64,000 nt of DNA, from positions 1-64,000 of the forward strand of contig JBDKTL010000010.1 of the NCBI GenBank assembly GCA_039698055.1. Direction: 5' to 3'. Positions 50,694-60,756 of this stretch are shown piece after piece. The stretch's first letter is position 1. Each line of letters starts with the position of its first letter. A program made the position numbers and the translations under genes. The notes under the pieces are model-generated. The model did no database searches and was not told the origin of the DNA. It saw only the letters and a program-made list of their open reading frames with translations. The stretch is from Methanoregula sp. GTDB taxonomy: Archaea; Halobacteriota; Methanomicrobia; Methanomicrobiales; Methanospirillaceae.

Positions 50694-51920
50694 TTACGTG
50701 CCGATATCCCAGCTGCACAGGTATTTTTCCTGGGCGCCGCTGAGTTTGTCAATCGAAAGTCCCAGTGTCGATAATTTCAGCCGGGCAACCTGCTCGTCGA
50801 TCTCCCGGGGGACTTCGTACACGCCGCCTTTGAGGGTTTCCCCGTTTTCCGCAATATAGCGGGTGCAGAGCGCCTGCAGGGCGAAACTCAGGTCCATGAC
50901 CTCGATGGGGTGACCCATGCCCTTAGGTGTTGCAAGGTTCACGAGCCGGCCTTCCGCAAGCACGTGAACGGCTTTTCCTTTGATGACGTAGGTCATGATA
51001 CCGTCGCGCTCAACGGTGGAATCGGCATGTTTGCCAAGCCAGCCGATATCGATCTCCACGTTGAAGTGCCCGGCGTTTGCGAGGATTGCGCCCTCTTTCA
51101 TCTTGCCGAAATGCTGTTTACCGATCACGCTGGTGTTGCCGGTGGTGGTGACAAAGATATCGCCAATCGCGGCTGCGTCGTCCATCGTCATCACGAGGTA
51201 GCCGTCCATGTGGGCTTCCAGCGCACGGCGCGGGTCGATCTCCGTGACCACGACTTTTGCGCCAAGGCCGTGGGCTTTCCTTGCCAGGCCCCTGCCGCAG
51301 TACCCGTACCCGGCAACGACGAAATATTTGCCGGCAACGAGCGTGTTGGTGGTGATCATGATCGAGGACAGCACGCTCTCCCCGGTCCCGTGAACATTGT
51401 CAAAAAACCGTTTCATGGGCGTATCGTTGACCGCAACAACCGGGAACTCCAGTTTGTTCTCGGCGGCCATGGACCGGAGCCGGTGAATCCCGGTGGTGGT
51501 TTCCTCGCAGCCCCCGATAATATTCTTGAGCAGGTCGCGGCGCTTGGTGTGGAGGTAGTGGATTAAATCCATCCCGTCATCGATGGTAATGGACGGGGAC
51601 GCTTCGAGCACCTTGTCGATGGCTTCATAATATTCTTCGACCGAACAGGCACGCTTCGCGTAGCAGTGCACGTTTTTTACCGTGTTGAGCGCTTCTGCCA
51701 CATCGTCCTGTGTCGAGAGCGGGTTGCATCCCGTGATGTAGACCTTTGCCCCGCCGGCGGCAAGTGCCTTGACAAGGTTTGCAGTCTTTGCTTCGACATG
51801 GAGGGCCATGCCAATGGCCATGCCCTTGAATGGCTTATCCTTCTCAAACTGTTTTTTTATTGCGGCAAGCACCGGCATGTATTGTGCCGCCCACTCCATT
51901 TTCAGCGTTCCGGAACTCAT
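50694..51920 (-). CDS. ahcY: Adenosylhomocysteinase family protein
   Basis: LHVEAKT, CNPLSTQD, EETTTG, GYGYCGRG, NAGHF, EGRLVNL, GHP. Confidence 0.95.
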   Translation of the reverse strand: MSSGTLKMEWAAQYMPVLAAIKKQFEKDKPFKGMAIGMALHVEAKTANLVKALAAGGAKVYITGCNPLSTQDDVAEALNTVKNVHCYAKRACSVEEYYEAIDKVLEASPSITIDDGMDLIHYLHTKRRDLLKNIIGGCEETTTGIHRLRSMAAENKLEFPVVAVNDTPMKRFFDNVHGTGESVLSSIMITTNTLVAGKYFVVAGYGYCGRGLARKAHGLGAKVVVTEIDPRRALEAHMDGYLVMTMDDAAAIGDIFVTTTGNTSVIGKQHFGKMKEGAILANAGHFNVEIDIGWLGKHADSTVERDGIMTYVIKGKAVHVLAEGRLVNLATPKGMGHPIEVMDLSFALQALCTRYIAENGETLKGGVYEVPREIDEQVARLKLSTLGLSIDKLSGAQEKYLCSWDIGT

Positions 51921-52147
51921 GAAATGCTCCTGATGCGGTCAGGTGTTTTTGTGCACCCAATCACAAGCGTTCCCTATGATGTGGGTGACCGGATTACATA
52001 AAAACTCCCCGGTTTTTTTTTTGGAGCGCCATAAAAAGCCTTGTTCCGCAGGCGCAGGCTGACCCCATCGTGGGGCAGAAAAAACGGATGACAGACTTTT
52101 TACCCGTTGCATTAATATCCCGCCCCGGCAAATTCCTCTCATAGAGT

Positions 52148-52438
52148 ATGGACGTCTATGAGCTGATCGCCGCAAAAAGAGTGCAGATACTTACCATAGC
52201 TGAGCGGTTCGGCATAAAAAATATCCGTGTCTTTGGATCGGTCGCCCGCCGGGAAGCGCACGAAAAGAGCGATATCGATTTTCTTGTGGAATTCCCGCCG
52301 GGTTCATCGCTTCTCACGCACGCGGCATTCCAGCGTGAATTGTCAGAACTTCTCGGCCGCGACGTGGATGTTGCGTCCGTCAGGGGCCTCAAAGAGCGGA
52401 TCCGGTCCACGGTGATGCAGGAAGCTGTGCCGCTATGA
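52148..52438 (+). CDS. Minimal nucleotidyltransferase (MNT antitoxin)
   Basis: VFGSVAR...SDIDFLV; ATGA overlap with the HEPN gene. Confidence 0.9.
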   Translation: MDVYELIAAKRVQILTIAERFGIKNIRVFGSVARREAHEKSDIDFLVEFPPGSSLLTHAAFQRELSELLGRDVDVASVRGLKERIRSTVMQEAVPL

Positions 52439-52767
52439 GATCCGACCGTGACCGGTTGGACGATATCCTCGAAGCGATCCAGCGTATACAGGAAAAACTT
52501 CCTCATTCAAAGGACGAATTCGATGGATCGGATCTTGTGCAGATCTGGGTCCTGTACCATATCCAGATCATTGGCGAAGCGGCAAACGGGCTCTCCCCGG
52601 AATTCCGAATGCTTCATTCCTCTATTCCCTGGCAGGATATTATTGCGATGCGCCACCTTCTCGTCCACCAGTATTTCGGTATCGATCCGGGCGAAGTCTG
52701 GAGCACGGCAAAAACCGATCTGCCCCGGCTGGAAAAGGATATCCGGAAAATCCTTGGTCCGGCGTAA
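52435..52767 (+). CDS. HEPN/DUF86 RNase toxin
   Basis: IIGEAA, IPWQDI, RHLLVH (Rx4H), YFGID. Confidence 0.9.
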   Translation: MRSDRDRLDDILEAIQRIQEKLPHSKDEFDGSDLVQIWVLYHIQIIGEAANGLSPEFRMLHSSIPWQDIIAMRHLLVHQYFGIDPGEVWSTAKTDLPRLEKDIRKILGPA

Positions 52768-52775
52768 AAAAGGAT

Positions 52776-52806
52776 AAAAACACAGGGGATTTCTCCCCTG
52801 TTGTGT
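52776..52806 (-). terminator. Hairpin + T-tract terminator
   Basis: Minus strand acagggga-GAAA-tcccctgt followed by gttttt, just after the 45-aa ORF. Confidence 0.6.
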
Positions 52807-52811
52807 TAGAT

Positions 52812-52949
52812 CTACTTCGGGTTTGTCCCCCCGTCGCTTTCCATATGGTCGAGGACCCGGTCCCACATGACGAGAAGCCCGGGGATTATGACGTACGCGA
52901 GGAGTCCTGCGCCAAGGAATGCGCCGGTGATGATAAGTTCGATGTCCAT
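52812..52949 (-). CDS. 45-aa single-TM protein (MDIELIITGAFLGAGLLAYVIIPGLLVMWDRVLDHMESDGGTNPK)
   Basis: Translated by hand; GAGGCGG RBS overlaps the upstream stop codon. Confidence 0.65.
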   Translation of the reverse strand: MDIELIITGAFLGAGLLAYVIIPGLLVMWDRVLDHMESDGGTNPK

Positions 52950-52959
52950 TTCAACCGCC

Positions 52960-53463
52960 TCACGCGAGGGCTGCAACCGTGTCAGCCCATGTCTCGACTT
53001 TTGTCCGGATCGCGTCGTCGGAGTAGGAGGTGAGCGTTACCTGCTCCCGGCTGAAGGTGACGTAATACAATTCCCCGTTCTGGTCATGGCACCGGAGTGT
53101 CGCCGAGTACGTGTCGTTTGCATCGTCGTGGACTGCGGTGCCGCCATGAGCGGCAGTGGTTGCCGCGTCAGCGAGCCGTGCGGTGATCCCGGCGGTATAG
53201 CCGTCCATCGTGTCAAACGAGTCCGATCCCCTGCCGACGGCTTTTGCATCGACATTTTCATAGACAATCCTTGCGACATAGGATTCTTTGGTCTTTTCTA
53301 CCGGCGGGTGGGTGGTGCCGGCGGTCATATATGCTGCACAGGCAAACGGGTTTTCGGTAATTACCGACTGAACGATTGCATCGAAGGATGCCACGTCTGC
53401 GATGGGGTCCGCTAAAGTGCGGATCGCTGATTTTACATTGGTGTTCTGTACGAAATCTGCCAT
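52960..53463 (-). CDS. 167-aa uncharacterised protein (MADFVQN...VETWADTVAALA)
   Basis: Likely start at 53463 with AAGGA RBS; the longer ORF-track N-terminus reads as non-coding. Confidence 0.8.
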   Translation of the reverse strand: MADFVQNTNVKSAIRTLADPIADVASFDAIVQSVITENPFACAAYMTAGTTHPPVEKTKESYVARIVYENVDAKAVGRGSDSFDTMDGYTAGITARLADAATTAAHGGTAVHDDANDTYSATLRCHDQNGELYYVTFSREQVTLTSYSDDAIRTKVETWADTVAALA

Positions 53464-53811
53464 TTCTGGTTCCTTCTTGTCTGGTTTTTTCTTTTTGGGA
53501 GGTTTTAAACCTCGGCTGTTGGGAGAATTTTTTTGTTTCTCCGGGTGTCTTGGGGGCCCCTTTGACATACTATAATACGTCGCACAAGGGATTAGTCGTG
53601 GCTGAATCTTTTTTATTTTTGGGAAATGGTGCGGTATGCGTTGCCGGTTTGGGGATTTGCACGAGGATTGGGCGGCGTCAATTTGGGAAAAAACGGGAGG
53701 TGAAAAAAAGGATAAACGAACATAACCAAAATTGCCGTATAGCGATAGAATGAAAAGACCCTGACCTCTTTTTGAGGTTCCCGGATTGCCAATTACACAA
53801 GGAGGTGAAAA

Positions 53812-54435
53812 ATGACGCACTACCTGATCGATATCCGGCTGATGGGTTCGATGAGGCAGCAGATTTACCAGTTGAGCAATCGCCTGCAGGAGAAATTTAA
53901 TCCCGGGGAAAAACTGGTAACCCCGCATATCACGCTTGCCGGGCCGTTTTCGACAACCGATGAAGAAAAACTCATCGAAGATTTCACAACAGTATGTTCG
54001 GGCCAGGCGGCGATCCCGAAATACGAGGTCGGGGGTTACGGCTTTTTTGACGATACACGGGTTGTGTTTGTCACGATTACCCCCGATGAAACCTTAAGAC
54101 AATTCCGGTACCAGCTGGCACAGGCACTTTCCCCGTATTGCGGGTTGCGGGACTATGATTTGGATTCAGCTGACGAATTCAAATTCCACGCGACGCTCGC
54201 GATGAAACTTGACTGGCTCACCTTCCAGAGAATAAAATGGTATTTCCGGCGACAGGAGCGTATCGTTTACCGGCACCACCCGATCCGGGCAACCCTGCTC
54301 CGGAATGCAAAAATTCTCTGCGAATATGATTTTATCCAGGGCAGGATGCTGACCCGGTCACAGGCGCTGAGTAAGGCAACAAGGATGCGGGATTATGATA
54401 TTCTCAAGTCATGGGCGGACGGGAGCTGGGAGTGA
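53812..54435 (+). CDS. 2H phosphoesterase / 2'-5' RNA ligase family protein
   Basis: Two HxT motifs (PHITL, FHATL); GGAGGTG RBS. Confidence 0.85.
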   Translation: MTHYLIDIRLMGSMRQQIYQLSNRLQEKFNPGEKLVTPHITLAGPFSTTDEEKLIEDFTTVCSGQAAIPKYEVGGYGFFDDTRVVFVTITPDETLRQFRYQLAQALSPYCGLRDYDLDSADEFKFHATLAMKLDWLTFQRIKWYFRRQERIVYRHHPIRATLLRNAKILCEYDFIQGRMLTRSQALSKATRMRDYDILKSWADGSWE

Positions 54436-54720
54436 GACCGGACAGGCACAAGAACGGTTCGCAGAGATCCGTCAGAATTAACCCACGGACATAATACGAC
54501 AATGATTCTGATACGTCAAGCGTGTTCTGTTGCTTCCGCTCTTCCATTTCACAGGCTGGATCCTGCAGGGTTGGTTCACCGGGAAACTTGAGTATTTAGA
54601 TCGTGGATCACCACCATTCTCAAGAATGATGCACGGTTCACGCCTTTGGAGGAGAGAGGATGATCGATGGGGGCGTGGCCCGTTATTTCATCGATACCAT
54701 TACAACAACTTTATGCTATA

Positions 54721-55623
54721 ATGAGTTTATTTTTCATCATGCCACTAAAAAATCCTTTAAAACTTAAAATTTTTACCGGATTTCTGTCACTCCTGCTGCT
54801 ATCATCATTTTTTCTGGGATGCGTAAATTCTGATAATACCGCACCAATAACGGTGACCATTCATTCTGCTTATAAAACAGCAGAGATCAACGGGGTCACT
54901 GCAAAGCCCGGGACTCTTTTTCTTGTCGTCAATATGACCATTGCTAATCACGGGGGAAACGATTACACATTCAATGAAAAATCCGTTAATATTACCAATG
55001 GCAAGCTTATTGACGAGAGACTGTATACCCGGTTAACCGAAGGCTGGTACTGGGGTGCGATACCCCCCAATGAACAAAGGACCGGTGACATTATTTTCGG
55101 GGTCAATGAAAAGTCGAAGAATTTTTCCCTCAAATTCTTCTATGCCAAGGGAGAGAAAAGCTTCACCCAGGACCTCGGTACAGTTCCGAGGAGGGACGGT
55201 TCAGATCCATCAGCGACAAGCTCGGATACCGGGGATACGGCAACAGTTCTTCCCGCCCAATCCCTGAACGTGACCATTCATTCTGCATTCAAGATCCTGG
55301 AAATTAACGGAGCAAAACCCTATTCCGGAAAAATTTTTGTTGTGGTCAATATGACGATTGAAAATACCGGAGACGCGGATTATGCATTTAATGAAACCAG
55401 CGTCAGTATAAACGGGGGCGGCCCGCTGACTCAGAAACTGTATGCCCAGTTAAAAAATCCCCTGCACTGGGGTTCGATCCCATCTCATGAGAAGATAACA
55501 GGGGAGGTCGTATTCAGCGTCATGAACACCCCCGCACAATACACCGTCTCATTCCTTGATGCTGACAAGACGGTTATACTCAGGCAGGAAATCGGGGAGG
55601 TTCCGGAGAGGACAGTGTATTGA
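54721..55623 (+). CDS. Lipoprotein with two tandem DUF4352-like domains
   Basis: FFLGC lipobox; duplicated VTIHSA...INGxxx..G..FxVVNMTIxN.G..DY.FNE.SV.I unit. Confidence 0.78.
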   Translation: MSLFFIMPLKNPLKLKIFTGFLSLLLLSSFFLGCVNSDNTAPITVTIHSAYKTAEINGVTAKPGTLFLVVNMTIANHGGNDYTFNEKSVNITNGKLIDERLYTRLTEGWYWGAIPPNEQRTGDIIFGVNEKSKNFSLKFFYAKGEKSFTQDLGTVPRRDGSDPSATSSDTGDTATVLPAQSLNVTIHSAFKILEINGAKPYSGKIFVVVNMTIENTGDADYAFNETSVSINGGGPLTQKLYAQLKNPLHWGSIPSHEKITGEVVFSVMNTPAQYTVSFLDADKTVILRQEIGEVPERTVY

Positions 55624-56049
55624 TCGGCAACGTTCCTGTGCCGACTTTCTTCGACGACCGGGTATGCCAATCTCTGAATCGTCGGGTTCCCGGATTCGAA
55701 AGTCCCGATACTTTTTTCCCGGTTTGGCGGTTCGTTTTTTTCTTTTTAATTATTCAATATTTTTTAATTTCTTTTTCTTCCGTGCAGTCAGGATAAGTTC
55801 CGAAATATCCGGCGTCAATGTTTCATCATGCCATTGCCGTTTTTCTTCAACGGATTTACCGGAAAGTTTCACGGCTTAAAAAGTGCATATTCAGCAGCGC
55901 TGATTGAATGGTCAGAAGGGGAACGATCTGATCGTGCAGACCGGTTTCCCTGTATTTAAAAAAAATACCCGGAGACCAGCACACCAGCGCAAAAAAAAGG
56001 TGATGCATCAAGGGAAAAATAGAAATAATTAATATATATATTTCATTTT

Positions 56050-56499
56050 ATGCCTAACATAGCGGATATCGAGGGAATCTGGATCGCGGATAACCAGACT
56101 CCGTTTGAGGAGTGCGGTTGTCTGGTCGGGGATTTGAAAAGAAAACCGGGAGCGCCCCAGAAACAATTCGCACTGAAAAATAATGTGAATTTCAAACTCG
56201 TCGGCTGGGTGAAAGGAAATATGCCGGGGCGGCGGGTTTTCCTGAGGGGTGAACTGACCAAAACATTCCAGACGGGAAGCAAAAGCCCGCTGAATATGTC
56301 GCCGCCGGTTGACATCACCGGGAAAAACAAAGGTGTTCCTCAACCGGTCAAATGGATGTGGCCGAGGGCGGATAACTGGAAAATCCCCGGAGAGTATGCA
56401 GCCAGAATCGCGTTAGGCCATATTGAAGGGCCCAACAGCCAGGTTGAACCGGAATGGGATGAACCGGTTACGTTCACGTTTGAGGTCGTGAACAAATAA
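56050..56499 (+). CDS. Hypothetical protein (149 aa)
   Basis: ORF directly after an AT-rich TATA-like tract; 16 bp upstream of the next ORF. Confidence 0.65.
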   Translation: MPNIADIEGIWIADNQTPFEECGCLVGDLKRKPGAPQKQFALKNNVNFKLVGWVKGNMPGRRVFLRGELTKTFQTGSKSPLNMSPPVDITGKNKGVPQPVKWMWPRADNWKIPGEYAARIALGHIEGPNSQVEPEWDEPVTFTFEVVNK

Positions 56500-56515
56500 C
56501 AGGAGATGATGAACG

Positions 56516-57766
56516 ATGGAAAACGAAAAAATGCCACCCGTGGACAAGGATATACCGGAATACCCTGAGGGAAAGAGACCAGAAACACCCCTTTTGAAGA
56601 ATATTTCGATCCCTGCATTCGCCAGAGAGATTCCCGTTTTTACCCCTTCGAGCCAGCCTATTGGCACCGGTACCCGTGCACGAGAATCCGGCCCCTGCAA
56701 TAAAGACATGGAACGTTTGCGGGGATACCTGAATTACCTGAGAGCCTACTGCCAGGATCTCCGTGTATCCACCACGAAACTGAATAAAGTTATTTCCAAA
56801 CTCACAGACTATGATCCAGAAACCTGCGGAGAGATTCCGGAATTTTCGGAATTTCTCTACATGTGTCCAAATGATAGCGAGGCAGTCGATACGATTCTTG
56901 AACCGATCGACGAAGAGATCAGGAAAAAAAGTATCGTTGCTGACAATTGTGCCGATCAGATAGCAGATATCCGGTGCTGCTGGACACGCATCGGCTATTG
57001 CAAACAGGATATCCAGAAGCAGCCTCTTGCCAGACTCAAGGAATCTCTCAAGGAGATAGACAAGCAGTTATGCGATCTCATTGTGCTCTGCGACCAGGTT
57101 ACAATTCCCTGTCGCCTGAACCAACACCTGGAAAATATGCGAATCGGCCAGCAGCTGAATTTCTACGAGAGGTTCAAGGACGAAATTTGTTCCAAATCCA
57201 ACGCAAAGTATCTTCTTGACTACCTGAGCAACCAGCCCAATGCAGTCCATGGTCTCATCGATGTTGAGAGCGGGATCGTCTATAATGCGTCGAGTAACAA
57301 ATGGCGCCAGCGGTGGACATACATTGGTGCAGCCCTCATGATCCTTGGCGGTGCACTTGCTGTATTTTTTGTATTCCCCCTCTTTATGCAGTTTTTCCCC
57401 ATGGTCCAGAACTATGGGATTAATCATTCAACGTACCTTGCCGCGTATATTTTTGTGATTCTTGGCGGGTGCGTTCATATCCTCATCGATATTATCAAGG
57501 AAAAACAGTCTGCGGCCAGCAAATCACGGATATCCCTGACTGACTGGGTTATGTGGGGCCATATCAATGAATTTTCACTTATTATGGGTATCGTGATGCT
57601 CTGGGTTGGCTTTGCGGGTCTTGTCTGGATCAACCAGGTTGACATGGTGTCCGCAGTGGCTGTCGGGTACAGCATTGACAGCGTTTACGATGTTGTGGTA
57701 GGCCGGTTCGATAAAGGCGTGACGTCGCGTTCCAGTGAAATCGTCAAAGTCATGAAGGGCGAATAA
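56516..57766 (+). CDS. Hypothetical protein, Cys-rich helical N-domain + about 4 C-terminal TM helices
   Basis: 416-aa ORF, AGGAG RBS, T-tract after the stop. Confidence 0.78.
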   Translation: MENEKMPPVDKDIPEYPEGKRPETPLLKNISIPAFAREIPVFTPSSQPIGTGTRARESGPCNKDMERLRGYLNYLRAYCQDLRVSTTKLNKVISKLTDYDPETCGEIPEFSEFLYMCPNDSEAVDTILEPIDEEIRKKSIVADNCADQIADIRCCWTRIGYCKQDIQKQPLARLKESLKEIDKQLCDLIVLCDQVTIPCRLNQHLENMRIGQQLNFYERFKDEICSKSNAKYLLDYLSNQPNAVHGLIDVESGIVYNASSNKWRQRWTYIGAALMILGGALAVFFVFPLFMQFFPMVQNYGINHSTYLAAYIFVILGGCVHILIDIIKEKQSAASKSRISLTDWVMWGHINEFSLIMGIVMLWVGFAGLVWINQVDMVSAVAVGYSIDSVYDVVVGRFDKGVTSRSSEIVKVMKGE

Positions 57767-57992
57767 TTTTTTTTTGCCGGCAAGAGTGTCCGGTATTTCT
57801 GGAAGGGATGCATCAGATTTCGTTGCAGTCCGCTCTTCCCATGAGCCGATGATCCAACGCATTATTTTTGGAATTGTCACGGGCCGGACTTCCGGGATGG
57901 CGGTTGGAGATACAGGTTCTTGTCAGCCGTAGCGCTTGCCGGGTGCACCGGCAATGATGAGATGACATGAAACACCGGGCCAACAAACGAAC

Positions 57993-58027
57993 ATAACTTT
58001 TATATTGTAAATGCCCATACGTTTACA
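57993..58027 (+). promoter_or_regulatory. TATA box plus palindromic operator, copy 1
   Basis: ataacTTTTATATtgtaaatg-cccata-cgtttaca ending just before the ATG at 58029. Confidence 0.75.
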
Positions 58028-58028
58028 C

Positions 58029-58478
58029 ATGTTCCTCCCATTGAACGAAAAGCAGTTCGGGTTCTGGAAGATGCGGCGCAGCGGGATGTCAAATATCTCA
58101 ATAGCGAACCTTATCGGGATTACCCGGCAGGGAGTATCGCAGGCACTTCTCGCGATGGATGAGAAGATAGAATCATCGCTGCGCGAGATGGCACAGGCCA
58201 ACCGGATCCAGATCGAAAAGATCGATGTAGAGCGGGGAGTCCTGTTCGGGAAATCGATCCCGTTCCAGACCAATGCATATATCTTTGTCTCGGAGAAGCA
58301 TGGCCTGCAGGTCTGGTACGAGCATGACGGCGATTGTATTTCCTGCGACGAATTCACAAAATGCATCGAGTTCATCTGGGACTTTGCAGCCGAGATGGGA
58401 ATAAAACTCGAAAAGACCCAGGACCCGACAAAGATGGCAGAGGAACTGCTTGCAAAGATCCGGGGGAATCAGGAATGA
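58029..58478 (+). CDS. HTH DNA-binding protein with C-terminal Cys cluster
   Basis: GMSNISIANLIGITRQGVSQAL helix-turn-helix; HxGDCxxCxxxxxC motif. Confidence 0.82.
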   Translation: MFLPLNEKQFGFWKMRRSGMSNISIANLIGITRQGVSQALLAMDEKIESSLREMAQANRIQIEKIDVERGVLFGKSIPFQTNAYIFVSEKHGLQVWYEHDGDCISCDEFTKCIEFIWDFAAEMGIKLEKTQDPTKMAEELLAKIRGNQE

Positions 58479-59605
58479 GCCACGTATCTGAAATTGCCAA
58501 ACACTGGCTCGGCCTGTGCCCGAAAGCACCGGTGTTCCGTGCTTCAGAGACAGGGATTGTTTCTCAACCGGATCCCGCCTATGAGGGAAGCCCGGATGGT
58601 GGGGGTGGCGGATCGGGAGCGATCCGGCGGGGAGCCGGGGCCGCGCTGTCCGGCACGAAAACACTGATCCATAACCGGCATCTCCTCTGGTTCTCACTCA
58701 TGATCGGACTTGTGCTGGCCGCAAACCTCATCGCCCAGTCGCTGCTCAATCTCATGTACGTTAACAGGGAACCAAACGTTGTCGTATGGCATGTCCTGAC
58801 GTGTATGATCGAACTCGGAACGGTGTTCTGCCTGGTATTCCTGCTGGCAAGTCTTGTTTTGAGCGTCTCTTCAAAGAAAGACCGTCCGGTCTCATTTGTT
58901 CACGGACTCGCGATGGCCAGAAAATACCTCAAACCACTTGCCACGTGGTCTGTCGTCATGGCACTCACGGGCACCCTGCTCTTCAACGCAGGCATGAGCA
59001 TGAGTTCATTGATGCCCTACTCTTTCAATATCTTTGAGAATTTTCAGCTGATCCTGTCCCACGTTCTCATCCAGTTCCCCTTCAACTGGACCCTCAACCC
59101 GGGAGTCTTTATTATTCATCCGATGATTGAGGGCACTCTTACGCTACCTGAGATGATGGGAGAAATGATGTGGATATCATATGTCGATACCCTGACCTTT
59201 TTTGCAATCAACATACTTCTGTTTCTCCTGACCCTGTTTGTCGTGCCCCTCATCGTGCTTGAGAAAAAAAGCCTGAAGGAGGCTGTTTTGGGATCATGTA
59301 CCATGATGAGAAAGGTCTGGGGCGAAGTAGCTGCCTGCGTTTTTTGCCTGGGAACTATCGTATGTGCTGCTTTCCTCATGTACCTGCTCTTCAATATGGC
59401 GCATGCGATGGTCACACCTCCCCTGGAGATCACCTGGCGCCCCACTGATGCGTGGCTCGCGGCAGGCGTCCTGTACGATCTTGCCCTGTCCAGCCTTGCA
59501 TTCGTTGCGGCAACTATCGGGGGAATTGCAGCCCTGGATCTCTACGATTTCGCAAAGACCGGACAGATGCCTGGACCCGCTGAAACGATCGGCGAGGCGA
59601 GCTGA
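58475..59605 (+). CDS. Multi-TM membrane protein, paralog 1
   Basis: Start MSHVSE (ATGA overlap); WLGLC N-terminal motif; LTLFVVPLIVLEKKSLKEAV. Confidence 0.82.
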   Translation: MSHVSEIAKHWLGLCPKAPVFRASETGIVSQPDPAYEGSPDGGGGGSGAIRRGAGAALSGTKTLIHNRHLLWFSLMIGLVLAANLIAQSLLNLMYVNREPNVVVWHVLTCMIELGTVFCLVFLLASLVLSVSSKKDRPVSFVHGLAMARKYLKPLATWSVVMALTGTLLFNAGMSMSSLMPYSFNIFENFQLILSHVLIQFPFNWTLNPGVFIIHPMIEGTLTLPEMMGEMMWISYVDTLTFFAINILLFLLTLFVVPLIVLEKKSLKEAVLGSCTMMRKVWGEVAACVFCLGTIVCAAFLMYLLFNMAHAMVTPPLEITWRPTDAWLAAGVLYDLALSSLAFVAATIGGIAALDLYDFAKTGQMPGPAETIGEAS

Positions 59606-60756
59606 TGCATCTTAATTCAGGTATCGCCGGTTGGTGGCTCGGCCTGTGCCGGAAACCACCGGTAATCCGTGCCACTCATGCAGGGATTGATGATCGGCCT
59701 GAACCCGTCCATGAGGGAAGCCCAAACGGTGGATCAGGTGGCGTTGGAGCGATCCAACGGGGACTCGGCGCCGTGCTGTCCGGCACAAAAACGCTGATCC
59801 ATAACCGGCAGCTCTTCTGGTTCTCGCTCCTGGCCGGACTCGTGCTGGCCGGCCATTTCATCGCGCAGTGGGTGCTTTACTATCATTCCTACAATATCCA
59901 GTGGCTGCTCTTTGGTGATTCCCCCTATGGATATGTACTCTCATCGCTTGTCCAGACATTTGCCGTCGAGCTCCCAACGGTGTTCTGCCTGGTATTCCTG
60001 CTGGCGGGTCTTATCCTTGGCATCTCTTCAAAGAAAGACCGTCCGGTCTCATTTGTTCACGGACTTGCCATGGCAAAAAAAGTCCTGGTACCGCTTACCG
60101 GGTGGTCAGTGGTCGTGGCGCTCGCCGGCACCCTGCTCTTCATCGCCGGCCAAAATTCTGATGTGCTGTCAACGTGGTTCCAGCCGTTTACAATAATCCC
60201 GGACCTCTGGTCGGCTCTCTGGGATTTCATGTACTATGTGCTCGGCCAGAGCCCCTTTAATTACGTGTTCTACCATCCGGAATTCTACTTCATGCCACCG
60301 GGCGATTCGTGGGGAATTATGTGGGCGTTTAAGTCTGCGGTCACGCAAACACTGATCCTTTCAGCAATCAATGTGTTCCTGTTCGTCCTTACCCTGTTTG
60401 TCGTGCCCCTCATCGTGCTTGAGAAAGAGAGCCTGAAGGAGGCAGTTGCCGGATCGTTTGCCCTGACAAAGAAAATCCGGGGGGAAGTGGCGGCCTGCGT
60501 TCTTGGCCTTGGCATGGTATTATTCGCAGTCTCGCTTACGTACCTGCTCTTCCCGGTGGTAACCGGGATTCTCTCACACGATATTACCTGGCGCGCTGGT
60601 AACGAGTGGATCGCTGCCGGCTCCCTGTACATGCTTGCCCTGGCCGGTTTTGCGTTTGTCCTTGCAACGGTTGGAGGGATTGCAGCTCTTGACCTTTTCA
60701 CCTCAGCAAAGACCGGGCACATGCCAAAATCCACTGAAACGAAAATTCCCGGATAA
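59605..60756 (+). CDS. Multi-TM membrane protein, paralog 2
   Basis: Shares WLGLC, LSGTKTLIHNR, SSKKDRPVSFVHGLAMA and GGIAALDL blocks with paralog 1; TGATG overlap. Confidence 0.82.
   Translation: MHLNSGIAGWWLGLCRKPPVIRATHAGIDDRPEPVHEGSPNGGSGGVGAIQRGLGAVLSGTKTLIHNRQLFWFSLLAGLVLAGHFIAQWVLYYHSYNIQWLLFGDSPYGYVLSSLVQTFAVELPTVFCLVFLLAGLILGISSKKDRPVSFVHGLAMAKKVLVPLTGWSVVVALAGTLLFIAGQNSDVLSTWFQPFTIIPDLWSALWDFMYYVLGQSPFNYVFYHPEFYFMPPGDSWGIMWAFKSAVTQTLILSAINVFLFVLTLFVVPLIVLEKESLKEAVAGSFALTKKIRGEVAACVLGLGMVLFAVSLTYLLFPVVTGILSHDITWRAGNEWIAAGSLYMLALAGFAFVLATVGGIAALDLFTSAKTGHMPKSTETKIPG

Noticed and set aside
53464-53928. N-terminal extension of the 322-aa ORF
   Set aside because: Low-complexity, overlaps the divergent 2H gene, and an RBS supports the start at 53463.
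57849-57970. Short LAGC lipobox-like stretch
   Set aside because: No in-frame start and a stop a few codons later; chance or an unrecognisable remnant.
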